Source: a virus (lineage: Duplodnaviria > Caudoviricetes). From it: a stretch of 41,225 bases of DNA. The DNA lies in the IMG/VR virus record IMGVR_UViG_3300036713_000359, positions 1 through 41,225 of that record. The stretch is one strand, 5' to 3'. Shown here piece by piece: positions 1-9,912 of this stretch. Every line of letters starts with the position of its first letter. The first letter of the stretch is position 1. Both the position numbers and the translations under genes were made by a program. Under the pieces are notes generated by a model. The model was not told the origin of the DNA. It did not search any database and saw only the letters and a list, made by a program, of their open reading frames with translations.

Positions 1-448
1 GTGGGTACCAGTACATCTGCATGAGTTTAAAGTTTTAATGTGTTAAAATTTTCGAAAAATTAACAAATAAGCTATAAGCATCAATTAAATGCAAAAGCTC
101 CTATTTTTCAGCGATGGAAACGGGGGCTTTTTTTTGGACGGTAAAAATTGGCAGAGAATAAAACATTAGCGTTTAAATGCGATCAGTGCGCGGAAAAATT
201 CCGCACGGACGATTATGTGCGCATTGACCTGCCTTCCCGTGACTTCCATCCTTATGATTACCTGGCTATTTGCCCAAACTGCAAACATGAAGGGGTTGTG
301 GTTGAACAATGGCAGATCAACCTGTTTAAAGCCTGGTCTAATGCGACCGGCCCAAAAAATACGGATCTATCCCGCTTTAATGCCATCACCCACGGGCTGA
401 CGGCGGAAGTCGCGCAGGCCCATCCAGCCCGGCCAGGTGGATATGATG
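1..448. repeat. Terminal direct repeat, copy 1 (matches 40778-41225)
   Basis: Aligned by eye: 448 bp, 15 substitutions, no indels. Confidence 0.97.
94..135 (+). terminator. Intrinsic terminator-like hairpin in the leader of the packaging operon
   Basis: AAAAGCTCCT...GGGGGCTTTTTTTT stem followed by a T8 run. Confidence 0.6.
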
Positions 449-1014
449 CGTGTGAGGGTTGTGAGTGGTTAAATAATGGCTGTGGCGATAATGGGAATAA
501 ATATTGCCTGAAGCGTACTGAAATATTCATGCGGCACCAGCTTGCAGCGGATAGCGGCGATATCACCTCACTAAAAAAGCTTTTTGCGAACTCACAGGCC
601 AGTTATCAGATTATTTTAGACAATATCATTATGGCAATTGCGCGGCGTGGGGTTGAGGTGCATGAGCCTATCACGATGAAAAATAAAAACGGGCAGCTTG
701 AAATCGCTAAAATAATCGATGGTGAATCCGGAAAATTAGTCACATTGACCACGATAAAAGCACATCCACTGATTAAACCGTTAATAGAAATGATGTCTAA
801 AAATGGCATGTCATTATCGGATATGATGCTGACCCAAAAGCAACAGGGGGAAGATGCAAACCTTAAAGGGTTCCTGGAAGATGAGCAGGAAAACCGCGAA
901 GAAACCCGAAAACGCGCTGAATTGTTTGCAGAAAGGCAGGGTAAACTGCTGGAGCTGGTGAAAAACGGTAAAAATCCGCTGGATAATATCAAGCACCTCC
1001 AGGTAGGCGAATAG
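148..1014 (+). CDS. Probable terminase small subunit with Zn-binding Cys clusters
   Basis: Abuts the terminase large subunit gene; CxxC...CxxC motifs; RFNAITHGL motif; TTG start. Confidence 0.65.
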   Translation: MAENKTLAFKCDQCAEKFRTDDYVRIDLPSRDFHPYDYLAICPNCKHEGVVVEQWQINLFKAWSNATGPKNTDLSRFNAITHGLTAEVAQAHPARPGGYDACEGCEWLNNGCGDNGNKYCLKRTEIFMRHQLAADSGDITSLKKLFANSQASYQIILDNIIMAIARRGVEVHEPITMKNKNGQLEIAKIIDGESGKLVTLTTIKAHPLIKPLIEMMSKNGMSLSDMMLTQKQQGEDANLKGFLEDEQENREETRKRAELFAERQGKLLELVKNGKNPLDNIKHLQVGE

Positions 1015-2742
1015 ATGGCCATCACGGCAACCCAGCACATCAAGCTGCACAATGTTGCTGAAAAGGAAATCATGAAATATGCGGGGGACCATGTTAAATG
1101 GCACCAGCACATCCATAATGTTTCGATCGACCCGTTGCAGGCGCTTAAATGTGAAGAAATGGACCTATACAAAAACACGGTTGATTTTTCTTCACGGCGT
1201 ACGCGTAAGACATCCATCAAAGAGCTGTACCAGCTTAAGTGGAATGCAACCCACCCATATCAAGAGCTAGGAATTACCGCGCCGCGCTTAAAGCAGGCGC
1301 AAACGAACCTCAAATACCATACCGATGCGATTAACCGTAGCGAGATTTTAAAATCCTACATCCTGCGCGAACGGGGCAGGCGGCAACTGGCTGATACCTA
1401 TTACAAATTTGCGAATCACTCCGGCGCGAGTGCCTACGGCATCATGTCGCAGGTGGATGGTGATGATATTACCGCCGCGAGCCTTGAAGAAGTGGACGAT
1501 ATGCCCGCCAAGCGCCTCGGCAACTTCCTGCTGATGATGGCAGCCACCGAACGGATGGGCGCCAGTCTCAGTGCAGATAATGACCCACAGATAAGAATAA
1601 CCGGCGTATACAAAGGCGCAGATACATTATCTGAGATGATCACAGCTAAAGACGAAACTGGAAAGGCCCTATATCACGTATTAGGCGCATACCGTGGCCC
1701 CCGCGCGATTGATGAAATAAAGTCATTTATTGATAGTGGCTTGCTGGACCCGTCGCTGGTTGATTTGAATAGCTATGAATATCCGGTACCGATTGGCAAC
1801 GCGCCGATGGGTATAGAATTGGGTTTATTGAACCAGGAATTCATTGAGTCCATGCAGAACACCCTTTCGCCAGATGAATTTGCGCGTCAATTGTTGTGCA
1901 TCAATTCATCCAGCCGGAATCTTATCTGGGATTCATGGCGGCAGAAGGCGGTACAGCTCGGGGTTAAGGTTGGGCTGGAAGTTTGCCCGCCGATGCCAGG
2001 TGGAAAGTACAAAAAGCGTGGTCTGTTATCCTTTGGTTATGACCACACCGGGCACGGTGAAAGTCCTGAAGCGTCAAAATCATCGTTAGTGGTTGCGGAA
2101 GAAATGGGCGGGTTTTTTGTACCGCTCTGGGTGAAAACATGGCCAGCGGGTACCGATGACAATATTATCCGCAAGGATTTAATTTCATTCTGGCGTTATT
2201 ATATGCCGGACTATGCGGTGGGTGATGCCTACGGCGTGGGAATGCTGACCAGCCTGAATGATGATCTGTATGACCAGGGATTAACTACGGTAAACCGCCG
2301 CACCTTGAACAGCGGGCAAAGTTCGGCATCACACTGGCCGCAGTGGCCGTTTGCGCCTTTGCAATTTGAAGGCATGACCAAACACGCGATGGCTCAGGGT
2401 TTGAGAACCTTATATAGCAAAGGGCGGGTGGCACATCCCTACATTGGGAATATTGACCTGACCGATAAAGACCGGAAAAGCGACCCGGACACGGACGGGC
2501 TGATTATTTATAACCAGCAGCTTACGAATATCAAAATAATGAACACGAGCAAGGCTTATAGTTCATACAAGATGGTTAAAACCTCGATTGGGGATGACTG
2601 CTTTGATGCGGCGATGGCTGCATCCTGGGCGCTGATTGCCAGGGGTGGGGGTTCGGTTAAAACGGTTATTACTTCCAGTTCGAAAACCCGTGAACAGTTA
2701 TTAACCGCAAACAATAGCCTGGGATTATTGGGAATATCTTAA
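1015..2742 (+). CDS. terL: Terminase large subunit
   Basis: Deviant Walker A (SRRTRKT), Walker B (SLEEVDD), RNase H-like acidic motifs (GYD, GDA, GDDCFDA); lies before the portal. Confidence 0.85.
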   Translation: MAITATQHIKLHNVAEKEIMKYAGDHVKWHQHIHNVSIDPLQALKCEEMDLYKNTVDFSSRRTRKTSIKELYQLKWNATHPYQELGITAPRLKQAQTNLKYHTDAINRSEILKSYILRERGRRQLADTYYKFANHSGASAYGIMSQVDGDDITAASLEEVDDMPAKRLGNFLLMMAATERMGASLSADNDPQIRITGVYKGADTLSEMITAKDETGKALYHVLGAYRGPRAIDEIKSFIDSGLLDPSLVDLNSYEYPVPIGNAPMGIELGLLNQEFIESMQNTLSPDEFARQLLCINSSSRNLIWDSWRQKAVQLGVKVGLEVCPPMPGGKYKKRGLLSFGYDHTGHGESPEASKSSLVVAEEMGGFFVPLWVKTWPAGTDDNIIRKDLISFWRYYMPDYAVGDAYGVGMLTSLNDDLYDQGLTTVNRRTLNSGQSSASHWPQWPFAPLQFEGMTKHAMAQGLRTLYSKGRVAHPYIGNIDLTDKDRKSDPDTDGLIIYNQQLTNIKIMNTSKAYSSYKMVKTSIGDDCFDAAMAASWALIARGGGSVKTVITSSSKTREQLLTANNSLGLLGIS

Positions 2743-2782
2743 ATGTTTATTAAATATATCACCCTACTTATAGGAGTTTTTT

Positions 2783-2950
2783 TTGAATATAAAACCAAGA
2801 ATTTATTTGTTTGAACATAAACAATGGAAATGCAGCAGTTACCAATTTGCAGACGAAGAAAACAGAGAATTTGGTTATGACTGCGCAGGTGATAAGCGAG
2901 TGCCTTTTTATTGTAAAAAATGTTTGAAATATAAACCTGCAAAAAGATAA
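2783..2950 (+). CDS. 55-aa AT-rich Cys-containing hypothetical protein (not in the ORF track)
   Basis: AGGAG at 2772-2776, TTG start, MNIKPRIYLF...FYCKKCLKYKPAKR; fills most of the terL-portal gap. Confidence 0.55.
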   Translation: MNIKPRIYLFEHKQWKCSSYQFADEENREFGYDCAGDKRVPFYCKKCLKYKPAKR

Positions 2951-2963
2951 CAGGGCCAAAGAA

Positions 2964-4313
2964 ATGAGCGAAATCAACAGAACAAACATTGATACATCAG
3001 GCGGTAAACCTGTGATATTAACGCCGCGAACCAGCGAGCGAGGTTACAGGGCGACGGATGAATCACGGCTTCGGGCGATGTACATGCGCATGTATGCTGA
3101 CCCGTCCTTTGTGGCGATGGTGCGTGATATCCGCATTATGGACCGGCGTGATCCTCGGGTTAAAAACATCCACAAGAAATCAGCGGAGGCGATGACCAAA
3201 ACGGGTTTATTGCTGGAAAATACCAGTGATTTAAAGTGGCTGAGAAAAGAATGGAAAGAATTCGAGAAGCGCCTGGGGCTGGCTAACCGGAATAAACTGA
3301 TATCGGATGCGAAAGGTGCATTGATGGAGGGGAATCTGGCGCTGCAGTGGGTGCTGGATGATACAGGGCAGAATGTGGTGCGCGCGATCAGGATGCCGAC
3401 CGAAACACTGCGCCCGGATGTGAATGATAATGGACAGTTCCGCGATCCATCCAACGCATGGGAGCAATGGGACCAGTTAACCGGACGCGCGGTGGCTAAA
3501 TTTGCGCTGTGGCAGATGACGGTGGGCAGGATTGACCCGGACAACTTTGATGATATGGGTTCGATGGGCAGGCCCCTGCTGGATGCGACACGCGAAGGCT
3601 GGAAAAAACTGGTAATGACCGAAGAGGATCTGGTGATCCGCAGGCGTGAACGCGCACCGATGCGCACCGCGCATACGCTGGAAGGAGCGTCACCTGCCGA
3701 GCTGGAAACATACAGGGCGCAGGTAGAAGGCGACCAGCAATCCATCACCACAAACTATTATTTGAATAAGGCCGGAGGGGTTGCTGCGGTGCAGGGTGAT
3801 GCGAATCTTGACCAGATACTTGATGTGGTGCATTTACTGGATACCTTCTTTTCCGGTGCGCCGGGGCCTAAAGCATTGTTTGGATATCCCGGCGATACGA
3901 ACCGAGATGTACTGGAAGACCTGAAAAAGGACTGGTTTGATGTGCTGGATACCCTGCAGGACGTTATTTCATGGGTGTATGAGCAGGGATTCCGCCTGCA
4001 ATTATTGTTAAAAGGGCGCAATCCTGATTTTTATGATTTTAAAGTAAAATTCTCTGAACGCCTCACTACTACACCAAACCAGAAAATGGATATGGCATTG
4101 AAAGCGGGGGCGCTGGGTGCGAGCAAGGTCACGGTATTTGAAACTGCCGGACTGGATGCAGAACTGGAACGGACACGGCTGGACAAGCAGCAGGAAACAG
4201 ACCCCTTTAATCCTTACCCGTCAAAGAATGAGATTTTACCGAAAAAGCGGGTGAAAATAACCGAAGATAATGCGAGCAAAGGCGAGAGCGCCACCGATAT
4301 CGCAACCGCGTAA
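2964..4313 (+). CDS. Portal protein (Mu gp29/DUF935-like)
   Basis: 449 aa, follows terL, portal-like GRPLL motif. Confidence 0.8.
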   Translation: MSEINRTNIDTSGGKPVILTPRTSERGYRATDESRLRAMYMRMYADPSFVAMVRDIRIMDRRDPRVKNIHKKSAEAMTKTGLLLENTSDLKWLRKEWKEFEKRLGLANRNKLISDAKGALMEGNLALQWVLDDTGQNVVRAIRMPTETLRPDVNDNGQFRDPSNAWEQWDQLTGRAVAKFALWQMTVGRIDPDNFDDMGSMGRPLLDATREGWKKLVMTEEDLVIRRRERAPMRTAHTLEGASPAELETYRAQVEGDQQSITTNYYLNKAGGVAAVQGDANLDQILDVVHLLDTFFSGAPGPKALFGYPGDTNRDVLEDLKKDWFDVLDTLQDVISWVYEQGFRLQLLLKGRNPDFYDFKVKFSERLTTTPNQKMDMALKAGALGASKVTVFETAGLDAELERTRLDKQQETDPFNPYPSKNEILPKKRVKITEDNASKGESATDIATA

Positions 4314-4460
4314 TATGCCCGGTACCGCTTTCCTTTTTGGATACGTGCCGGCTCTCTATTTTGCTATACTGTGCTTTTATCAGGGAGTGTTCTCAAATAC
4401 CATATTTCCCAAGCGGGAAAATTGGTAAAACACACCCCCCGGCTTTTAAGGGTTTTTACT

Positions 4461-4694
4461 ATGGGTCATATCAAAGCGAAATTAGTCCCGGCTTACGAGC
4501 CTGAATCATCGGTGACGATGCGCATTACCCCTAAAGAGATAGGTACCCTGATTGCGGCGGTGCCTGATGCCGGACTTTCGTATGTGTTTGACCAGTTGGT
4601 TGATGAATCCATCTTTACTACACAGGAACGGCGCGCGTGGTTGATCCAGATCATGCAGGGCACGGCGGCCAAACTGGAAGATCATAATAAATGA
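4461..4694 (+). CDS. Hypothetical protein, 77 aa (likely start 4461)
   Basis: TAAGG upstream of the ATG; stop overlaps the next start (ATGA). Confidence 0.6.
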   Translation: MGHIKAKLVPAYEPESSVTMRITPKEIGTLIAAVPDAGLSYVFDQLVDESIFTTQERRAWLIQIMQGTAAKLEDHNK

Positions 4695-5716
4695 GCATCA
4701 CCAGCCAAAGAGCTGCCGCGATTCGAAGGGCCGAAGCGGCGGCGCAGAAAGCCACCACCGCGCTGGATGCAGGTGCTTTACGCGAGCTTGAAACGATTTA
4801 CAAAGAAGCCTCGCTGGCTATCCGTGAACAAATACTGAATGCTGCCAGTCCTGATGGGACGCTGGTGGTTGAGGTTCTGAGGCCGTTACTGTCACAGATC
4901 GAACAATTAATGGCACAGGTAGGGGCGCAGCGTGATGCGCTACTGGGTACATCGATGCAGGAGGCGGCGACGCTGGGGGCGAATATCATGCGCGCCGAAT
5001 CGGCGGTGGTTTCCATCAGTATGGTGAATGCGGCACAGGATGCGCTGGAGTTTGTGGTTAATTTTACCGCCGAAGATGGCTTGCAGTTATCGGATAGGCT
5101 GTGGCGTTTAAACCAGGGCGCAACTAAAACCATTGGCGATGTGATCAAGCAGGGAATCATCCAGGGAATGGATGCAACCCAGGCGACCGATGCGATTTTA
5201 TCCGCGAATGCGGCAGAGATTGCGAAAAATGCGGGGAATGCGCTGATTATTGGCGAAGGTTCGCCGCGATCACAGGCGATGCGGCTGGTGCGTACCGAGA
5301 TTAACCGCGCGCATGGTGAAGCCTTTAAAAATGCGGCTTTTGAACATCCTGATGTGATTGGTACTAAATTTAACCTGTCACCCAGCCACCCGCGCAAAGA
5401 TATCTGTGACATGCACTCAAAAGTGAACCGTTATGGCCTGGGTAACGGGGTTTACCCGAAAGGACGCAGCCCATGGCCCGCACACCCGAATACACTGAGC
5501 TATGAAAGCGTGGTGTTCAAGGATGAAGTGACCGACGCAGACCGCGCAGGCAAGGAAGACCGGATCGCCTGGTTAAAAAAACAATCGACGGATACACAGG
5601 TTTCGGTATTGGGTAAAGGCAAAGCCGGTTATTTGCAGTCGGGTGATTTATCTGAAAGGATGATTCGCAGTAAGCTGTCGAATGTGATTAAACGGGTGGA
5701 AAAAGCAAAGGTTTGA
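4691..5716 (+). CDS. Minor head morphogenesis protein (Mu gpF/SPP1 gp7-like)
   Basis: LSDRLW, RLVRTE, DICD and PAHPN motifs; follows the portal. Confidence 0.85.
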   Translation: MSITSQRAAAIRRAEAAAQKATTALDAGALRELETIYKEASLAIREQILNAASPDGTLVVEVLRPLLSQIEQLMAQVGAQRDALLGTSMQEAATLGANIMRAESAVVSISMVNAAQDALEFVVNFTAEDGLQLSDRLWRLNQGATKTIGDVIKQGIIQGMDATQATDAILSANAAEIAKNAGNALIIGEGSPRSQAMRLVRTEINRAHGEAFKNAAFEHPDVIGTKFNLSPSHPRKDICDMHSKVNRYGLGNGVYPKGRSPWPAHPNTLSYESVVFKDEVTDADRAGKEDRIAWLKKQSTDTQVSVLGKGKAGYLQSGDLSERMIRSKLSNVIKRVEKAKV

Positions 5717-5789
5717 GAACACTCCCGAATAAAAACACACCCCCCGCCTTTTAGGCACTTTTTACTGTGCTTTTATCAGGGAGTGTTCT
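5716..5789. repeat. 24-bp imperfect inverted repeat enclosing a C-rich box
   Basis: 5716-5739 vs 5766-5789, 21/24 complementary; the right arm is duplicated within 4367-4393. Confidence 0.85.
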
Positions 5790-5837
5790 TGACTAAATAA
5801 CCTGATAAAATACCCACTAGAATAAAACGGGGCTTTT

Positions 5838-6023
5838 ATGGCAGATCACTCAGAACAAAGGGACGAAATACATTGCACGGTTTGCCGTTTTAAAATATTC
5901 GATGGGCTGGTGATCCGGTCTAATGTGGTGAGGGTGACAAAAGACAGCTCGGAGGCTAAGTGCAAACAGTGCAAAAACTGGGTTAAATTGCCGTTAGTTT
6001 ACAAAAGTACTGAAAGCGCCTAA
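5838..6023 (+). CDS. Mu Com-like zinc-ribbon regulator
   Basis: 61 aa, IHCTVCRFKIF...EAKCKQCK. Confidence 0.7.
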   Translation: MADHSEQRDEIHCTVCRFKIFDGLVIRSNVVRVTKDSSEAKCKQCKNWVKLPLVYKSTESA

Positions 6024-6065
6024 AATGCAGGGGCATACAGGCAGACTGTAAGTATATTCAAATAC

Positions 6066-6105
6066 AAAAAGTCGCAAGTGGATTACTCCGCTTGCGGCTT
6101 TTTTT
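6066..6105 (+). terminator. Terminator-like hairpin directly before the protease-capsid gene
   Basis: AAAAAGTCGCAAGTGG/CCGCTTGCGGCTTTTTTT. Confidence 0.7.
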
Positions 6106-8709
6106 ATGGGCGAAAAAAATGAAATGACTAAAAAACCAACACGGTTCCAGTTAAAAGATAAAGACCATAACCAGCAACGGCGCTTCCTTGCTGGCACCTC
6201 AGTGTCTCTGGGTGAAAACACGAAATCAACGTGGGTAACTTTATTACGTCAGGGTTCTTTTTATCATCCTCAGCACGGCAATTTTGATGTCACCAAGGAA
6301 TTACTCGAAGGATTTATCCGCAATTTTGAGGCCCGCACTTACGGCCAGGATATCTTCATTGATGTAGCGCACGAACCGCAAAAGGGCGCGGCGGGTGAAA
6401 TCAAAAAGCTTTCGGTTGAAGGTGGGCGCTTACGCGCATTTGTTGAATGGACCCAATACGGAATCAAGGCGATTAAAGAAAAAGGCTTTAAATATTTAAG
6501 CGCCGATTACTGGGATAACTACACGGACAATGAGCAACGTTTGGAGCATGGGCCATTACTGGCTGGCGCTGGACTGGTGACACGTCCGCACATTAAACGC
6601 ATGGATCCGGTCACGCTGTCTGAATACGATGATTCAATCGTGATCATAGATCCTAAATTTGCTAAAAAACTAATTGAAGAGGCACAGAAAACCATGAAAA
6701 AACATTTACTAGCATTAACGGCATCACTTGCTACGATGAAGCTGAATGAAGCGACACAAAAGCAACTGGGTGAGCAGTTCGAAGTACAGGCAAAGAACCT
6801 GGGCGATGACGAGAAGGCGCTTAAATCACTACAACAATCGTTTGAGACATTGGGTTCAAGCATTGTAAAACAACTTGCAGAGGCAGGAAAACCAGCCGAT
6901 GCACCGGCGAATATCACGATTCAACTGGCAGAAGCCGCGACAAACGGCAAGTCACTGGCTGAACAGATCCAGCAGGCGATTGATGCACGTGATGCAGCTA
7001 CCGCGAAAAAACTGGCGGAAGACAATAGCAGCCTTTCTGCGAAAAAGAAGATTTTCAGTGATGCGCTGGATGCGGCTACAGGTTTGAGTGACAGCACTAA
7101 AAAATCATTGACTGAATCAGTTGATGGTTTGATTACGCTGAATATCACGGATGAGCAGGTGACAAAACTGGCAGAAAGCCAGATTACACTCGGCAACCAG
7201 ATGGAAGCGAACAAGAAGCTTTCTGAAATGGGCTACCAGTTCAATGGTACGCCGCATGTTGTAGTGGGTGGCGACCAGTCTTCCATGCGTTTGCAGGAAA
7301 CCATGAACAACCATTTAAAAGGCACGTCTGCTTATGCTAACAAGCGTTTGAAATTGCTTGAAGATAAAGAGATTAATGGCTTTGTTAAAGTGGTATTGAG
7401 CGAGTTCGACCGTATCCACGGCGCGCGCATGATGCAGGAAAACAAGGTTCTCGCTGGCGAAGAAACGATGATTGCGGATACCAGCCTGCCGGTTGGGGTT
7501 CAAAGAACCGTAATTATGGAGGCTTTATCTGATTTGCGCGTACTGGAGCTGGTTCAGACATTGACCGACCCAAGCGCCCAGGCCACGACACAGATTCCTT
7601 ACGAGGTACGCGATACATCCGGCGTACTAAATGGCGGTGTTGTATTTGAAGGACAGGGAATCCGCGCGGCATCGGTTCAGCAGAAAATGGACCTTGCGTA
7701 TATCTTGCCAAAGAAACTGGCGATGAAGTTATCCAATGAGGTGATCCACTTTACCCGCGCTTCAGCGATTAACTGGGATGCAATGGCACGAAATATCCAG
7801 TCCAATGCACGGGTGATGCGCGAATTGCTGATGGCATTGATTGCGAATGAAATACAGCGTACTTCTGACGCATGGAATGCGGTTGCGGTAACGGCTGAGG
7901 ATGTGGCAACACGCCTCGACGGATCAGAAAGCATGATCAAGACGGTTAATTTCCCGGTGGTTAGACCCCATCAGGATTACACGCTTGACGGCACCACCAT
8001 CGGATCAGTCAAGAACGGCATTACCCTGGTGCTGGATGCGACAACCATCACGGCATACGACGGATCAGGCACGCAGGCATCCGGCACTTATTATGTGTTG
8101 ACTAGCCTGAACCTCGGGTATATCTCGCTGGTTAGTGAGTTGGGTGTTGCGGTTACTCCATCAGTTACCACGGGAACGATTGCTTATAGCTATGCAACCA
8201 ACGTTGTTAAATGGGATATTGACCTACCCGCCAGCACTACGCTTGAAACACACCTTAACAAGTTGTTACAGGCAGTCGGTGCGCGTAAAGCAGTAATGAA
8301 CCAGGACCGTTATATCAGCCCTGAGTTTTTGCTGATGTCTCCTACCCTGAACGACACCATCACCAATGCTTCTCAGTTTGAGCGCGATAGCCAGAAAAGT
8401 GGCACATCACAAACCGCTAGCGGTGACCTGGCCACAATCAAAGCCTTGCCATCATTTGGCACCAATGCGCCGGGGATAGACCTGGGTGATGAACGTATCC
8501 ACATGGGACAGCGCGGCACTACCTCTTATGTGATTGCAAAGCCTTACATGATGGGTCAGCCTTTTGAGGCAGTGGATTCAAACGGACGCGCAACGGGCGA
8601 GAAGATGGCCTACGGCGAAGAGTACAGCGCGATCCATACACCGCTGTCTATCCGTAACCGTGGCACCGGCATCATCGTTTATTCTGCAGACGCAAGAACA
8701 GCGGCTTAA
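6106..8709 (+). CDS. Fused Mu-like prohead protease, scaffold and major capsid protein
   Basis: N-terminal Mu gpI-like motifs (IDVAH, VEWT, YLSA, AGLVTRP), central Ala/Lys/Gln-rich coiled coil, capsid-sized C-terminal region; no other capsid candidate in the window; start may be 6124. Confidence 0.85.
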   Translation: MGEKNEMTKKPTRFQLKDKDHNQQRRFLAGTSVSLGENTKSTWVTLLRQGSFYHPQHGNFDVTKELLEGFIRNFEARTYGQDIFIDVAHEPQKGAAGEIKKLSVEGGRLRAFVEWTQYGIKAIKEKGFKYLSADYWDNYTDNEQRLEHGPLLAGAGLVTRPHIKRMDPVTLSEYDDSIVIIDPKFAKKLIEEAQKTMKKHLLALTASLATMKLNEATQKQLGEQFEVQAKNLGDDEKALKSLQQSFETLGSSIVKQLAEAGKPADAPANITIQLAEAATNGKSLAEQIQQAIDARDAATAKKLAEDNSSLSAKKKIFSDALDAATGLSDSTKKSLTESVDGLITLNITDEQVTKLAESQITLGNQMEANKKLSEMGYQFNGTPHVVVGGDQSSMRLQETMNNHLKGTSAYANKRLKLLEDKEINGFVKVVLSEFDRIHGARMMQENKVLAGEETMIADTSLPVGVQRTVIMEALSDLRVLELVQTLTDPSAQATTQIPYEVRDTSGVLNGGVVFEGQGIRAASVQQKMDLAYILPKKLAMKLSNEVIHFTRASAINWDAMARNIQSNARVMRELLMALIANEIQRTSDAWNAVAVTAEDVATRLDGSESMIKTVNFPVVRPHQDYTLDGTTIGSVKNGITLVLDATTITAYDGSGTQASGTYYVLTSLNLGYISLVSELGVAVTPSVTTGTIAYSYATNVVKWDIDLPASTTLETHLNKLLQAVGARKAVMNQDRYISPEFLLMSPTLNDTITNASQFERDSQKSGTSQTASGDLATIKALPSFGTNAPGIDLGDERIHMGQRGTTSYVIAKPYMMGQPFEAVDSNGRATGEKMAYGEEYSAIHTPLSIRNRGTGIIVYSADARTAA

Positions 8710-8786
8710 AACCGCTGTTGTTATAGGCAGCTGCCGGGAAAACCCTGGTGGTTGCTTAATCACTCATTAGAGAAGGAATAAAGACC

Positions 8787-9152
8787 ATGAAAAAACCATT
8801 TCAAAACAACAGTGATAAGCCGCTTTACAAAGGCGCTACGCTGATTATGCCAGGTCAATGCCGCGATGTTGACGAACAATATCTGGATCAACCAAAAGCT
8901 ACTGAAGACGTGGCTGCGCCAGTTACCCTGGTAAAAGAAATCCACGGCCTGAGTATCGGCAAAGCCAAGGCACGTTTTGATGAACTCGAAACACCACAGT
9001 TGATTGACCTTAAATCGCTGGAAGAATCGGGCGATGAGCCACGCAAAGGCATGCTTGATGCTATCACTGAGGAATTGCTGGAACGCGAAGCGGCGGCGGA
9101 TGATGCGCTGGTTAATCCAGACCTTGATGATACCGGTTTAGATACTGAGTAA
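8787..9152 (+). CDS. Hypothetical head-associated protein
   Basis: AAGGA RBS, follows the capsid gene, PRKGMLDAI-type C-terminal motif. Confidence 0.7.
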   Translation: MKKPFQNNSDKPLYKGATLIMPGQCRDVDEQYLDQPKATEDVAAPVTLVKEIHGLSIGKAKARFDELETPQLIDLKSLEESGDEPRKGMLDAITEELLEREAAADDALVNPDLDDTGLDTE

Positions 9153-9155
9153 AGC

Positions 9156-9584
9156 GTGAAACTTAACCATTTCATAGAATCAGAATTCCGGGGCTGGTAC
9201 GAACGTATGAGCCCCGAATTATTAGTGCGCTCTGATGTATTCCGCGAACTATTGGGTTATCCGGTTATAGCATCACCCGCAGAAGGTGCAATAGGGCGGC
9301 ATGCCAGGGAAAGTACCTCGGGACACAATATTGACCGTTACCTTGAAGTGCAGGCCACCGACTTTATGCCTGAAATTATAGAGCCAGAAAAATGGATATG
9401 GGCAGCAAAGAAAGCAGGGTTCCGAGGTATTGGTATCTATCCACACTGGAAGCCAAAGCCAGGGATTCATCTTGATGTTAAAGAAGGGCCATTCAGGACA
9501 TGGGGCGCAATCAGGCCAGATAGAAGCAAACCGCAGGTTTATGTTTCGCTGGATGAAGCATTAAAGTGGTTTTCCCATGGCTAG
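9156..9584 (+). CDS. Endolysin, M15-family Zn peptidase
   Basis: SGH...ATDF and GFRGIGIY...IHLDV motifs. Confidence 0.8.
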   Translation: MKLNHFIESEFRGWYERMSPELLVRSDVFRELLGYPVIASPAEGAIGRHARESTSGHNIDRYLEVQATDFMPEIIEPEKWIWAAKKAGFRGIGIYPHWKPKPGIHLDVKEGPFRTWGAIRPDRSKPQVYVSLDEALKWFSHG

Positions 9585-9912
9585 TAAAGAGTGGTTTGGT
9601 CTTGACGGCTTTAACCATGGCATTTATTCACTGTTGGTTATGTGTGCCACCGGGTTTTTCACTTTCCTGTTTTTCAGCATTGTATGGATCACGGTTGCAC
9701 TTGGAATTGCATGGGGAATCTTGACTGTAGTCTGGTTTGGCTTTGAATATACACAAGAGAAAGCAATGGGCAGGGGGCTGGAAAAAAAGCCGCTAAGATG
9801 GTCAATTTCGCGATTTAAAGATATGGGCTGGCCACAGTTTTTTTGTAGTGTGGTGTTTTTAAGCTGGGTTTATTTTTCAAGGGATTATGTGAATGCAATT
9901 ATCACTGGATAA
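9577..9912 (+). CDS. Membrane protein (holin/antiholin candidate)
   Basis: About three hydrophobic segments; overlaps the endolysin stop. Confidence 0.55.
   Translation: MASKEWFGLDGFNHGIYSLLVMCATGFFTFLFFSIVWITVALGIAWGILTVVWFGFEYTQEKAMGRGLEKKPLRWSISRFKDMGWPQFFCSVVFLSWVYFSRDYVNAIITG

Noticed and set aside
1-448. Diverged repeat pair as a DGR template/variable repeat
   Set aside because: Differences are not adenine-specific, are mostly synonymous, and no reverse transcriptase is present
2964-8709. Mu-type transposable phage
   Set aside because: The head genes are Mu-like, but there is no MuA/MuB, and the phage has an integrase, attP and a primase-helicase
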